Below are positions 12,769 to 27,700 of a stretch of DNA of 64,000 nucleotides, piece by piece. The first letter of the stretch is position 1, and each line of letters begins with the position of its first letter. Made by a program: the position numbers and the translations under genes. This DNA comes from Owenia fusiformis. Taxonomy: Eukaryota. The DNA lies in NCBI GenBank assembly GCA_903813345.2, contig CAIIXF020000001.1, positions 10,602,001 to 10,666,000 of the forward strand. The letters are read 5' to 3'. Below the pieces are notes generated by a model. The model was not told the origin of the DNA, ran no database searches, and was given only the letters and a program-made list of their open reading frames with translations.

Positions 12769-15700
12769 CTATGCGAAGCATTCTGATAGTGGAATCTGAA
12801 GTAGATTGTCCTTCAACTTTTCAACATTTGATGGTAAAAACTCCACTGGAACTGTTGGAAAACCTGAAAATATAGAGACACAATAAATGAGTCTAGTAAA
12901 TGCCTATAAACTGAATTGAAGATATGAGTAATATAATACAGCATAAGATAAAACATGCACAGACAAAATATATTGTAATGTATGCAGTAGATGAGCCCTG
13001 TTGAAGATGATATATATTTTCATATGAGAGATCAATCACAAAAAAGGTACAAAAAGGTTAATAACAAGGCTGTTATTCTTTTCTTCTTGCTATTACTTAT
13101 GATGGTCTCAACTTAAAGAGCTAATAGCTATAATGTCCATGCTAAATAATCAAAAAATGCATGTTTGTGGAACTTCACATAATTAGTTTGAGTTGAGATA
13201 TTTTTCAATATTTGACATTGTCAGACATGAAGATTTGTGCCCATGCCCATGTCATGTCAACTGATTGTAGAAGGTATATATCATATCAGTATGAACTAAA
13301 AATATTTAAGCAAAATTGCTTATGAGGTACAGCATATATGACACTTTAGATATTAACTAGAAAGACAACATCGAAGAAGACTAGCAAATTGCACTGAACA
13401 AAACATATTTTCTCCAGTCAGTCCATATTAAAATGTCATACAGTACAAAACATATTTTCTCAAATCATTCCCCTCTAGAAATGTCATACAGAAATGACAA
13501 CTTAACAAGGCAGTATAAGTGTGTCTTTTTGAGAAAAATACAACTACATAAGGTACTTAATCATTTCTAATGCACAAAAATTGAAATTCAAATCACATGT
13601 ATTGGGATTTTGATGGGTGGGTGGTGGGCTTGTGGATGGACAGACAGATAAATTGCTTCTCAATCCCTACACAAACTTCATTCGATGGTATAATTACAAC
13701 CAATAGAGATTATGACTTAATCCATCAAAAAACACTGTGTTATGTGTTAACATAATCATCTTAATGAATCAATATGATAAGTTGAGACATTATTCATTTG
13801 TAGTTTACTTATGAAGCAATTAACCTGAACCAAATGTATGACATAACTAGTTCTAGTGTATGTTTAGTGAGATGAAACATGTGTCTAGAACTGGTGAAGA
13901 ACGATATAGACATGATAGATTTGCTTTTATGATTATTCATGTACAGTGTATATGTCAAGTCAACCTCACTGTATTTGGAGAGGGGGGGGGGTCAATTGAG
14001 AATGAAATGCTGCATACTCATAAAAGCATATTTCATAAGATCATAGATTAAGCACTAATTGTATTATCAAACACATTTTCATACCATATCTGTAGCATAA
14101 TGCACTGTGAATGATGAAGTCCTTATTCAAATAACATTTTCAATATTTTTATATCCTCTTTGCAAATAGCAATGCTCATTTAATTCCAATTACTGTTAAT
14201 CACACCAGTATACTAACAAATTAATGCACATCAAACCAGAGTGGATATTATGTTTTATTCAAGTCAAACAAAATATGATATGGCTACATCTAAACATGGA
14301 GTATATAAAGTACTAAGGGTACTTGGTTAGATGGTGAACAGTACAGTAAAACCAGTGCCAGTGGAACAACTTTTGTACCTTTCCACTTGGCAGGTATTTC
14401 ACCTGCAGAGGTCCATTTAACATTATGTTAATGGGTGATAGCAATTTTAAAAGTGTTACATTTATGGAGGTGTTCAACTTCACATGTTTTTGTACCAGAA
14501 TTTGTAACAAAATGATTAGTCTGATGGACTTAAATTCTTTGTTTCCCATCAAGTAAAATATGGATGCTTCACTACAAAATCTCCAAAAGTAGCGTGGCCA
14601 ATACAACCACAGAGTATATATCCGTTTTTTTCAGCAGTGGACTTTTACATTTGGAAGATATAAAAGTACTTGTAGTTTCAAAAAAGATTTGATCCAAAAT
14701 ATGGGTGACATATTTTTATATAGATAAGTCCTCAAAAGAACAACTATGTTTCTGATGAACTGTTGACTGTAATGACAAGTTGACTAAAACTAACTAAATA
14801 ACTAAAACTGCTACATTTACAAAGGAATGTACAAAAATGTCATATGCATATTGAAAGTATACAAGAGAGGCAGAATATTTGTAAGTGTAATGTACAAAAT
14901 ATGCTGACTATTCTGACTACTTATCTGCTAGATGCATGACAAAACATAAATATTTAAAGTTAGCCTTGAATAAGTATCCATTTAATCATTTATCAAACTA
15001 CCTATCCACTGAAATTGCATCATAAAAACAATAGTTACTAGCGATTATTAAAAGTAATAAAAAAAGTTGAGATTTATTTCATTATTAGAATATTGAGTTG
15101 ATGAGATTTATTTAAATGATTTCATGAAGTAATAGCATCATTTTTCATGACATGAAAAATTAATGTATCACAATCTCACTATTATGATAAATTGACAACT
15201 ACACATGAAAACAACAAAAAAGCAACTTCCCTGAGTAGCAAAACCAATAAAAACACATTTCATATCTCAAATTATCCATCGTTTTGAACATTTCAATATG
15301 AAATAAATATAACCAGGCAGTACAATTGTCCCCTTTTGGCAAAATCTTCACCCATGACATGACATCCACACTATTAGAAACTCCATCTAAAGATGAGGTC
15401 CTTAAGCAAACAAGACATCTAAATCAGCCTTACAATGTTGACCATATTTTACAACTGGTATTTGAATTATCAAAATTAAATTTCTTAGAAAATGGTGGGC
15501 ATTTGAATTGAGTGACCTTGGAAATCCCTTCTTGAGTAGATGCCTAATCAAAAATTGGTATTTATAAAAAAAAATTCAATTTTTTATACAAAATGGTAGC
15601 CATTTTTAATTCAGCAGGCATCTTGAAAATCCTTTAGCAGAGTCTGATGCCCATAAAAGGCGTCGCCATATAACATCTCAAATCTTACAACTAGTATTTG

Positions 15701-18700
15701 GGATATCAAAGATTACAATTTTTACAAAATGGCTGCCATTTCAAATTGAGAGGCCATATTATAAATTCCTTCTTGAGCAGAATTCATATTCTTATATGAC
15801 ATAATAACCATTTGGAAACATCCACCACTGTTGGTATGTAAGTTACAAAAATTTTCCTTTTCATTTTTTGAAAAACAAGGGCCCATTTTTAATTCAGTAG
15901 CCATCTTGGAAATTACTCCATGAGCAGATGTCCCAAAGCATTAGCATAAGGTTTGAAATCTTATCATTCAGTATTCAGAGTTTTTAAAGATAATATACGA
16001 GTGAATGGATGGATGGCTTCACTATATCCTCCTGAACTTCAGTTGGTGGGATAAGAATAATGAATTCAATGCTATTAATGTATTGAATAAATTGATTGTT
16101 TTAATTTACTTAATAACTGCTGTAGTACAAGATCACTTTTCTTAACTTGCATATAAAAATACAACAATAGCAAAACGTTATTATCCAGAAACAAAAAGAG
16201 AACAGAAGATTCCAATCCAATCAAGTTTAATAAAAAAGTTCATAAGGGTCAAGACAAGACAATAGTCGGGAAAAATCCATCTTCTCTACCTTAAACCCCA
16301 GAGGTGTAATAGTTAATACACAACTACTGAGAGCCTCTGTTGAGGAAAAGAAAGGTGAAACTTGTAATGATGTACATTATCAATTTATTACTTTTCCAGT
16401 TCACTTAAATAAAAAGTAATAGACACATTGACAACAATAAAAACAACATGATGTTGAATATCATTTGGAATTGACACTTAAACACATATTTAGTAAACAA
16501 ACTTTATGCCATTAGCACTATAGAAAAACATATTCATGTGTTTAAACTTATGTATCAAATTTCTGATGTTTCATTGAAATTGCAATAATGCTTATTTTTC
16601 TTGAGTATCGATAGCTTTAAAGATGGAATTTTAGACAAAAAACAAAGTTTTGATTTTTTGGGGCTAACATAAACGTTGACTTAACATAATCATTGATCAA
16701 TTATGTTGATATTTTTCAAAGTATGAATACAAAGTGGTCGTAGCCTGTGGATGCCCATAACTTACTTGAATCATGGTACATCTTCTTTTCCATTTGTAAA
16801 ATTGTAAAAAGGATGAACAGTTTTCTTGCTTGGTCTTATTTATATTTTAATTTCATATATAAGCTTACCTTTTACTTTGACACTTGTAGGGATATGAAGT
16901 GAGAGGTCATTGTAAAACAGGGCTATACGGACTGGTTTAGTGTCTGCTTTATACTGAATCTCTAGCTCAATATGGTCATAACTTGCACTATGATGTAAAG
17001 CGACTGCAACACCATACACCTGCTCAAGTTCCTCCTGAAAAAAGCAAAACCATTCTTTAATTACTCGGTCTAAGGTACCATCTCATGTGTTTATATTTAA
17101 CTGATTTTGTAAGTGGTTGGGTGTTAGAAAGGCATTTAGAAAGTATGAACACAGTGTTCTCCACAGGTTTTTTCTCAAGTGGGTGCAAAATTCTCATTTT
17201 CACAATTGGACCAAAATTGATAAAAAATATGCCCATTTTTCATGATTTTACTCATTTTTAAATGGATGCAAATGGATTTGCAGGTGGGTGCAAGCCTATT
17301 TTTAAAATCTCAGGTTGGTTGGGTGCTACGCCGACTTGCTTTAATGCTGAGGAGGTCACTGGATCATCATACAAATTTAAGAATTAAACAAATAATTGAT
17401 ACTTTCAAATAATTATCATTATAACATTCATTGAGAAATGACAAGGATAATTGGAAATATAAAAATATTTTGTTTAGTTTACACCACATAGTTGACAACA
17501 GGGTATACATATTGTGCAGTATAATACAAATAACTCGACAATATCTAAAGCAATTTTCAAAATTACAATAACATGCATTTGTTATTAATGACATTGCAAA
17601 TATACGTAAATATATGCTTTTTATTGAAAAACAAATGTAATTTTTTACTTAAGACAATTTAATGGTTTAAGCACAGTTTAAACATTTACGGTCGTTATAC
17701 TGTTTGTTAATCAGCTATTCAATAATCAACACAAAATGCTTCAATAAATATTGAATAAATATTGAGCCTTATTGTTTTATCTGATGTACTTAATATGCAA
17801 AAATGATCCAAAGATTATAAAATTATCTATACAATCAAATTCAAAGCACACTACTTAAAACTTCTGAAGTGCTTTGAAGATAGTTATAATCAATCAACTT
17901 TATATATATTTATAAACTATTTTAATTAATATAAAATCGAACAGTTTATCTGAGATATTATTGATTAAAGTATCATCCAGCTTGATATTTGTATTTGTAT
18001 AAGAGTGATCTAGGTTAAATGAATCATAACCATAAAATGACAATACAATAATGATGTACCACTAAGGTCAATACTTAATTATGTGTAATTTGTAAAATAT
18101 ACCTTACTACCATGATCTGAATTTACATATTGATAATATCAAAAGCTGAGAATCATTTTCTGTTTTTGATTAGTCTTGCTTCGAGACCCTGGACCTCTCC
18201 CCCGAGACTGTTGTGAAGATAAAAGTGGGGAGGGGGTCCAGGGTTTTGAAGCAAGACTTTTTTTGATACGAAAAGGGTGTATTGGTAAAAATCCTGATAT
18301 TATCACTGAACTTTCTCGGGGAAAGTTAGAAAACTCTGTTTTGCTAGTACTTTGGTTAAGTTTTAAAGCTAGGTTTATACCTTAATGAGTTCAGATTCGC
18401 TATTCCTAACATGATATCCAAAAATATGTCTCTGAACCTCTTGTAAGAAGACATCTTTTTGTTCCACCAGGTTATCTGGGGCTAATTTAGCTATAGGTAC
18501 ATACAATGGCAATGTATGGTTCGTGATCCTCCATCCAGAGTCAGATGCCTCTGTGAAGTCAATGTAAATTGGAGCAAAGTATCGACCTTTGTAGCTTGTG
18601 TCAAGACATACACACAATTTATTTGGAGAGGGTTGCCTAAATGTGGGACCTAAGAATAAAAACAAATAGAAAATACATGTACATGTAGGACACTACAAGG

Positions 18701-21700
18701 AAAATACAAATTAAATGAGCTTCTTCTTTTCCTGAATTCTCTACAGGAAATCATGGGCTTTCACTAGTTGAAAGCCCATGACAAAATAGAATATTTTACA
18801 AGACTTACTTGACAATTTATTGAGGGAGACATCTTTTAACACTATCAAATATAATTGTTTCAAATAAAGACATAGTCATATAATATATGAGTGAAACTAC
18901 TACTATGACATCTTTTAACCATATCAAATCGATATTATTTCAACGAAGTAAGTATATGTACAAGTAATGTGAAATACACAAGTAAAATGACATTTAACCC
19001 AATCAAATAAATATTGTTTCAACTGAAGATATGTTCATATAATATACATGGGGAACTATTTCATTGATATCTTTCTGAATTCCACTTTGCCAGCATTCTA
19101 AAATTTACAGGATTGTAATGTAAAATGACACAGTTCAGAACACAGTACAAATGGTACTAATTTTGAAAGTTTACATAAATCAAGCAACGCTGTTAAAGTG
19201 ACAAGTGTGCGGTGAGCTTATATTGCGGATGCTAATTGACCAATCACAATTTGAATAAACCTCTCTGTCATTTTTGCATGATAGGATACCAACATTAGAT
19301 TTTCCCCAAAACACGTACATTCACTCAAGTTCCAATTTTGATGGTGAGTTCAGAGATTTCTTTTTAACTTCAAGAAGGTAAGTCAAACTAATGCAAACGG
19401 TAAACAATAACATGGCCTAAACAAAAAACGAGTGTGTTTGTTTAAATTCATTTCAAGAATTCGGCCATCTTTTCACATGTGTCATCTTTTTAATCAATAT
19501 GTCCAATCCATTTGTTTCATTTTAATTCTGGCTGTTTTACTCACATAACGCCACATTTTGCTTGCCAGTGTAATGCAGTGACAGGACTTACGTATTAATG
19601 ACAAAAATTAACCATTACATGGTGAAAGATGCATACCTATCATTCTTTGCACATATTGTATGTTTTCCAGCTTTCTGAGTTGGACATTAAGAAGAGAGTC
19701 CCGATCAAGTCTCTCTAACACTTCTTTGTTAGAGCCAGTTAGACTTGCAGCACTGGTTTCCTAGAAAATAGGTTGAGGATATCAGTTTTTTACTTTAATG
19801 AAAGGACCCACGGTCCTATACTCACACAGTTTGGAACCTTCAGAGGAATGTATATCCTGACTTTCAAACCAAAATATTGATTTGGATTTGTAGTCTCGAA
19901 CTTTCACACTACTATACCCCCATGCTGTATCCTGTATTCCTTTAAAAGAAGTACAGGCTACAGGGAAGTTGCAAATGGAGGACGTTTGTTTATTTCCATA
20001 GTTCTGAATGTATACTAGATTTTACACATATTCTAAGTGTTCTACTATACATTGTATAGATTCATCGAGCAGTTTGCAATGTATTATTACCAGAAAAGCC
20101 CAATGGACAAAGATAGAGAATACCCGCACCATTTGCAACTTAACCGTACCCTGTATCATTTTTAAACATTGGGCTAAGTTGGATTAAATCCTCTACATTT
20201 GTATGGTATATAATGGAACAAGATAATTTTATCAAGCTTTGGTACAACCAGTTTGACCTAATATGACTTTAAAATTGCACTCATGGAAGATCTTCATATA
20301 TTCACTTGAAAGAATCTCAAGTTCCTCAAAAAGCTTAGTTAAAATGTTCAGATGCATCCCTTTCAACCTAACAAACAAATACAAGGCATTAAAATGCAAA
20401 ATGTCACCACCTACCGTTTGGGACATATACTGACCATCATTTGTTACAGAAGCTGTTATGGACATCGTACAGCAACCTGAATACACTCCACAAAATAAGT
20501 TGGAGACTATAACAATATGTCACCACTTCTGGTGGTGACATAAAAACAAAACAAACTCACTAATTTCTTTTTCCTTATATGCCTTTGAAGCTTGGACTTC
20601 TGATTGTTGATCTTGAGTAGTTTCTTCTTCATCCTGGATATCTCTGATGTGAGGACCATCTTTCTGTCCTGCTGACTCTGGATACTTGTGGAAACATTGC
20701 CCCTCTTTTCCTTCTCTTGTAGGCGCCTGATTGAACCTAAAGACACACATTAAGGAGAGACAAATATATTAGAGTTGTATTTATTGAATATTTCTAAATC
20801 GACATAACACGATAAGGGTAAACTCACTTAAGAGCACTATGATATTTTCCTCAAATTGTTCTTCAAATATATCAATATTCATTCCATTTGATTTACAAGG
20901 CATTAAAATGCAAAATAACACAATCTGCCATTTGTTACAGACACTGACTGCAAAACACCCAACACCAATACCTGAAGACCAACCATCAAACACCATCCGC
21001 AAAAAAAAAACGATAATATAATGTCACCACTTGTGGTAGTGACATAAAAAACATTTAAACCTTGATATACAGTACAATTGTTAATTATATTCAATTGACA
21101 TGATAAACTAGAAAATGCCAACTCCACCAAAAGAAGAAAGGGTTATAATATTAGATTCACAAACTTTTGGTAAGACAGATATTAAGATTGCATTCATTGT
21201 CATAAGTTATTTCTACCATTAGAACTTATCTCAAGAGAAGATATGTACATAATACATGTACACTGGCTTGGTCATATGAAAAAAATTGTAGTCTCGAGTA
21301 TGTATTATCAGTCAAGCACTTGCAAAAACATGTTGTAGCATTTCAATATACAATGTACAGTATAAGGGTGCTACATGAGACCTTCATCTGATCGAGTTAA
21401 CATGTTTGGATATGTCCCTATCCGAGGATATGCACAGAGTAATGTTACTGATATATTATGTACTGCCCTATAAGTGGACAAGCAAAGCATTGGCTTAAAA
21501 ATATTAAAATCAGACATTTTTTAATCGAATCTGTGAAAATGAAGATGTATAATAATATTATTTATCCCTTAGTCAAATTTGCCTCAACATAGACAAATTT
21601 GCCTCATCAATTCAAATTAACCTCACCTAAATTGAGATGCTGGCTTTGGCCCTGCTTAGGGCAACATATCATATATGTCTACAAATGTCTATTTAGGCAG

Positions 21701-24700
21701 GTCGGTAAGTACAGAAATTGTACTGGCTTCCTAAGTGGACTCAGTATATAATTCAAATATATAAACTCATTCCATACATCTACAATATTCAGTTTTCCAG
21801 AAAGAGATATATTAAGAAAGAACAAAATTTAGTGACCTATATTTTTGTAAAGTAGGTCAATTTCCTTCATTTCATATATTGGAGAAAATCAATGATTCAT
21901 AATTGCAAAACAATTGAAAAGATTTTGTTATTTTGTTCAACATGTGTTTCCACATAAAAATTTTGAAAAACGTAAAATAATTTTTTGCCTAACATGACAA
22001 GGTACATCATTTTTCACGAGATTTTGCCACCTATTTTTACCCAGTGAGAAATTTTACTTTTCTTCGTTTTTGTTTGTTAGTTTGATCATGGGCTTTTAAC
22101 TAGCTAATTGAAAGCCCATGGTTTGATTTTAGCATTGTATTCAACTGCTGTCAAGTCATTATACTACAACACCTTATGTTTAATCCATACAATGAACTCT
22201 AAACCACCCTATGCAGACAGAGCCTGTGGGAAATATTGGGTGCGGCGCAAATGAGCGGAGGGTGCGGAGCTAACGGTCATTTTTGAATTTAAAATTGGAA
22301 TATTTCTGAAACTAAGCCGTTTTGGGACTTCAAATATACCAAGATATGTGTATTTGACACCAAATACCAATAAAATTGTGAAAATAGTAGTGCAATTCAT
22401 TTAATAGCGACGCAGTATGCCTTAAACATTTCCCAGACCTATATATTTTGAGACTATCCTTTTAATACTGTGTCCCCAGCATTCATAAAAAATGGTGTTC
22501 AAGATACACTACCCATGCAAATTATTTTTGCATCTTGGAAGCCAGGCAGTATCTGTGTGATTTTATAAAAATTCGGAAATGTTCTTCAGATATGAGCCCC
22601 CTCTAAATATTGGGTGCGGAGCTACGTTTATGGAGCTGCTCCGCACCCAATATTTAGAGGGGGCTCATATCTGAAAAACATTCCGAATTTTTATAAAATC
22701 ACACAGATACTGCCTGGCTTCCAAGATGCAAAAATAATTTGTATAGTTAGTGTACCTTGAACACCATTTTTTATGAATGCTGGGGACTCAGTATTAAAAG
22801 GATAATTTCAAAATATATAGGTCTGGGAAAGGTTTAAGGCACACTGCGTCGCTATAGAATGAATTGCGCTACTATTTTCACAATTGTATTGATATTTGGT
22901 GTCAAATACACATATCTTGGTATATTTGAAGTCCCAAAACGGCTTAGTTTCAGAAATATCCCAAATTTAAATTCAAAAATGACCGTTAGCTCCGCACCCT
23001 CCGCTCATTTGCTCCGCACCCAATATTTCCCACAGGCTCTGTCTGCATAGGGTGTAAACTAACAATATGTAATACAATTCCCTATCAGACTTCTCTTTGC
23101 TTAATTTATTCTCAGCCTCAGACCTATTATCATAATGATTTAATCATTATATGTAAATAACTGTGAAGGTTTCAATTACAACAGCTTAGATTGGAGGTAT
23201 TATCAATATCCATGACAACACAATGTACGAAATAATTGCATTAAAGAGTGAGAACAAATATTGGGATACATTTACAGACCTTTTTGAAATTAAAACTAAA
23301 GTTACTGTAGCTACCATGGCCAACTCTCAGGTAGTTATTCACTACCATTAAGTAGTTGTGTATTAAAACAACAGTTCAAGTACAATAAGTTACATTGCCT
23401 AAAATATACTGTTTAAAAGTTGAATTACAGGGGCAGATCTGAAAAGTTTTGACCGAATTATTTAAAAATAGGCACAAAATTAAAAATAATGGCTAAGTAA
23501 TCCTAGTTCGCTTTGGCCAATTTTTGAGGGGAGAGGCAGAGTCAGAATGAATAAAGGGCATTCAGAAAGACAGACATATAGAATGAGTGGGTTATTACTC
23601 AAATACACAAATAACTTATGCTCCCATTTGCTTCTCCACTTAGAATTTAAAAAAATTCAGCCATCTGTAAAGACTGAAGGTAAAATGGCTTTAATTGAAA
23701 GTATTAGAAAATATGTGAACTGTGGAATGAGATTCGTAAAGAGGAGTGACTCAAAAAAGTATGTTTTAAAAAAGGTGTTATCAATATTAAACGTGTAAGT
23801 TTTATCAGCATATTTGATAAGAAAAATTTGACTGGTATACAAACTGATAAAATAAAACAAAGCATGCTTCAAGTTAAGGCTATGCACACAATGAGATAAT
23901 GAAAGTAGGACGCATCAAACATGTTTTCCCACAAGACCTGCTGGTATAAATGAGAATCAGGGACCCAAAGACAGAATGATGTAAATCAGAGCAAGATGAA
24001 ACTAGGACAAGAATGCATCAAAAAGTATGTATGCAACTGTAAAAATTCAGGTTCACAATTTGGCAACATATTGACTTAAGTATAATAATTCACATTCAGT
24101 CATTAATTTTTTAGGATTTTCAAACATTTTGAAACTACTTTTTTAAAACATGGGTTTGAGTATTCACTAATGTTAGTACAGTAATAGATCCAACATCTGT
24201 CACTTTTCAAAAAAGTGTAGAAATATTTACATAATGTACTGAATACTCTAAATGTGTACTTATTTCTCCCAGACACTAAAGAACACAAAAATTATAGATT
24301 TACTTAAGAACAGAATAGATTTAACCAGAAGAAAAAGAAAATGTTTAGTTAACCTGGGTACCTATTGATTTTGCAGTTGACTAAGTATATAGACGCGGCA
24401 TCATATAAACAGCCAATCGTTTTCATATTACATATTCACAGGCTAAATTTGATTCTTTCATCACAAAAGTACTAAAATTTGGAGGGAAACGGACAAAATT
24501 GGGTATACTTGAGTCCAATTCAGTCAATAAAGAAGAAGCTAGCTAACAAAAATATGGTAAGTATAAGTAATATATAACAACATTCCTAATTGTATTAAAA
24601 AAATATGAGACTATTATGGGATTAAGACAGATGTAACTCAACAGTCATAATTGAACATTTGAAAATATGATGAAGCTGTGACAATCATGCCCAGGGAAGA

Positions 24701-27700
24701 TTTACAAAATGGCGATTTAATATTTCCTCATGCTGTTAAAATGATAATCATGAAAACCATTTAAAAATATGATAAATTACTCAAAATCAATCTTGATGTT
24801 GTATGGTATAAAATAGTAACATAAAGAAACTAAATGAAAAAATCTTGTAAAATCAGCTGAGTTTTTGATTAAAATGACCGAGGAGAATAACATGTGCAAT
24901 TGATACCCTGTTAATATTTGCATAATGCATTGAAATGTGATCGCTTAATTATCTATTGTCTTAACTTACTTATACTGGCTTGTTATCAGACACCACAGAC
25001 ACAAAGACCTCATTCCTAACTAACCAAACTAAAGAGCACTATAACCAGTTGAAAGCAGGATCATGGGACCTAAGAACATACAAGGGAGGAAGTAGAAAAT
25101 AAGGCATATTATATATTTGAGGTAAATTCATTCTGATTATATTGGTCTCTAATCTTAGGATTCTCAGAGACACAATCAAATTATGCATGCGTTCCATCTT
25201 TTTCAGTTTCATTGTTTAATAAAAGTTTCATGAGATGGTGTGGAATATATATGTCTTACAAAATTAGCTTCAGAATCAGAAGTTTAAGAAAAGTTTCTTT
25301 CTTGAACAATTAAATTGAAGATGATTAATTAAACTGGATGAAGTGAAAAAATATCCAAGATGATCAGTACTTTTAATTTAAACTTCACAACTTGAAATGA
25401 TACAGTTGTTGCAAACTGGGTGAGTCATTGTTTGGGGTATGCAGAGGCATCATGTGTAAGATTGCATGTATAATTTGCTGAAAGATGAATATTTCTTGCA
25501 CAATCCTTTGTGTCCCCAATTTCTCTAAGGTCTGGGTAACTTGGATGAGAAGTGGAGTATGGAGTGAGTAACGAATGACTGAAACCAAAACGGAAAGATG
25601 AAGAAACAACAATATTCAATGCTGACTAACAGGGAATGAATCCAGTTGAATGTAAAGGTCCCTCTTTGAAGGGAGCTCTCTGGGACAATCTGACTTGTAG
25701 AATTGTCATGGAGTTGCTCTCTTTACTGCTCTGGGCCGCTAACATCAGAATCTATCAGAATCTCAACAACAAATAGCACAAAAGACATTTGAAAAAACAA
25801 ACTCAGGAATACCAGTTCAAGTATTTAAGCATAACTTGAAAAGCAAGATTTCATTGATTTGTATATTCTATCAATGGTAAGTAAAGTCTACTTTATTGAT
25901 ACTACACTTCTTACTTTTTAGACTTTTCACAGAATCAAAGTAAACTAGTTGAGTAAACACTTTTTACAATACACATATCTTGACTGTAGACATTTTGTAC
26001 TGTACATGTTCTAAAATAGGCATATGATCTGAGGAAAAAAGAAACTACAGTATATGCATCTTAGGGGCCGGGTCAACATTTCAATGTCCATCAAAAAAAA
26101 CGTAATTAATTAAGTTAGGTCTTAACCCCCCCCCCCCCTTCTAAAGAAAGTGAAAATGTTGATTCGCGCAGTGTACAAGCAGGAGTTCAGCATACAATAA
26201 CCTGCTACTGCTTTTAACAACACATATCAAATTCTCTTACATCACTGTTGCATATTTAATGATCATACCATTGCAGAAGATGAAACTTTTGGAAACTAAA
26301 AATCAATGTCCGTCACCTAATTAAATGGGGCTTTACTCCTCCTCCCTAACATAATTAATTCTGTTTTTTGACGGACATTGAAATATTGACCCTGCCCCTT
26401 ATCACTATTTTTTGAAAATGTTCATACTTATCTAGAATTTAATTCTTGATGTTAATGATATTGTCAAAAAAATCTGTATGATGTCATAAGGATAAAAATG
26501 GAATTCTCTTAGAAATATTTTCTAAGTATGCTTAACTTTCACAATGTGCAATGTCATTAGCTGGACTTAAAAGAAGTATTTGTAATGTTTTAAATTTCAC
26601 ATATCACATTTTGATAATATTAAGACTAGAATATAAACCAAATTGATTTAAGGCACAGCGAGTGGGGGGGGGGGTTGAACTCCTGTGCTTGCGAATTGGG
26701 GGCTTTATGTTAGAATCAATGAAACACAATTGATAAGGCAGAATCTGATCTCCAGAATTGTAGGAAACATGTACAATAACGCAGATGCGAGTAGGTAGTT
26801 ACCAATTTCACCACCAGGTGGCTCGTTCGGGTCAGATAGCATGGCGGCCCTGGCGGGTATGGTAGAAAGTTCCCTTTAATTTAAATTACATCTGTTTTGG
26901 TGGTTCAATTTTCATACAACCCTCATGTATCTAATAGTTATGCTAATTAAAAAATGTCCAGTAAAGGAAAATGATATTTGTCGATTACAAGAAAAGATAT
27001 TTCACTTTTTGTGACTTTGTAACATGGGGTCTATGGGGATTCAACCCGAACTAGAAATCACATTTTCAAAATAAATTAAATTTTCAAAGTTGATAAACAA
27101 TTTTCGAAACCAGATTTCTAGATGTACTTTTACGTGTAGATTTCAAATATGACATCACTGAATTTTGAATATTTAATGACGTAAATCAAGATTATTTCAA
27201 CTCGCATCTAGTTTATTGACCTTCCCTACCAATCTATTCCTTACAATCTCGAATACAATAGTTCCCAAAAGATTCATGGTATGTTTTTTAAGTGGTGATT
27301 GGTGAAATTATTAAGGATTCTTAAGTGCAAAAATGGTAACCATCTTTATAGAAAAATCTAAAGTCTTTAGTTTCCTGAAATAAAGTTAGCATTTGTTTTT
27401 TAGAAAATAGACATGACAAGAAATGACATGAGTCCAAATATATTCGAAAATTGAAACAATTTTTGGTTTAGCTTGCTTGCTAGATCTGATTCTCTTTTTA
27501 ACTCTATGCAATTCAAACAAAACATGGCAAATCTCAATTGGAAAATACACAAATAATGATGGGCAGTACAACAATTCCCACTGACAAACCAAGATACTGA
27601 CAGATTTTTTTTGTTCTGGGATTCACCTGGGAATACAAAATGATGGGAACAGTAACTTCTATTGTCCCATACCAGGCATATGTAACAAGTTAAAATATGT

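Noticed and set aside
17151-17176. Perfect RSS heptamer CACAGTG followed by GGTTTTTT
   Set aside because: The nonamer-like run is in the wrong orientation and spacing; explained by a hAT-like CAGTGTT terminus.
25385-25760. Slightly GC-richer segment with short ORFs in CENP-O intron 1
   Set aside because: Stops in all frames, no consistent splice sites and no recognisable domain.
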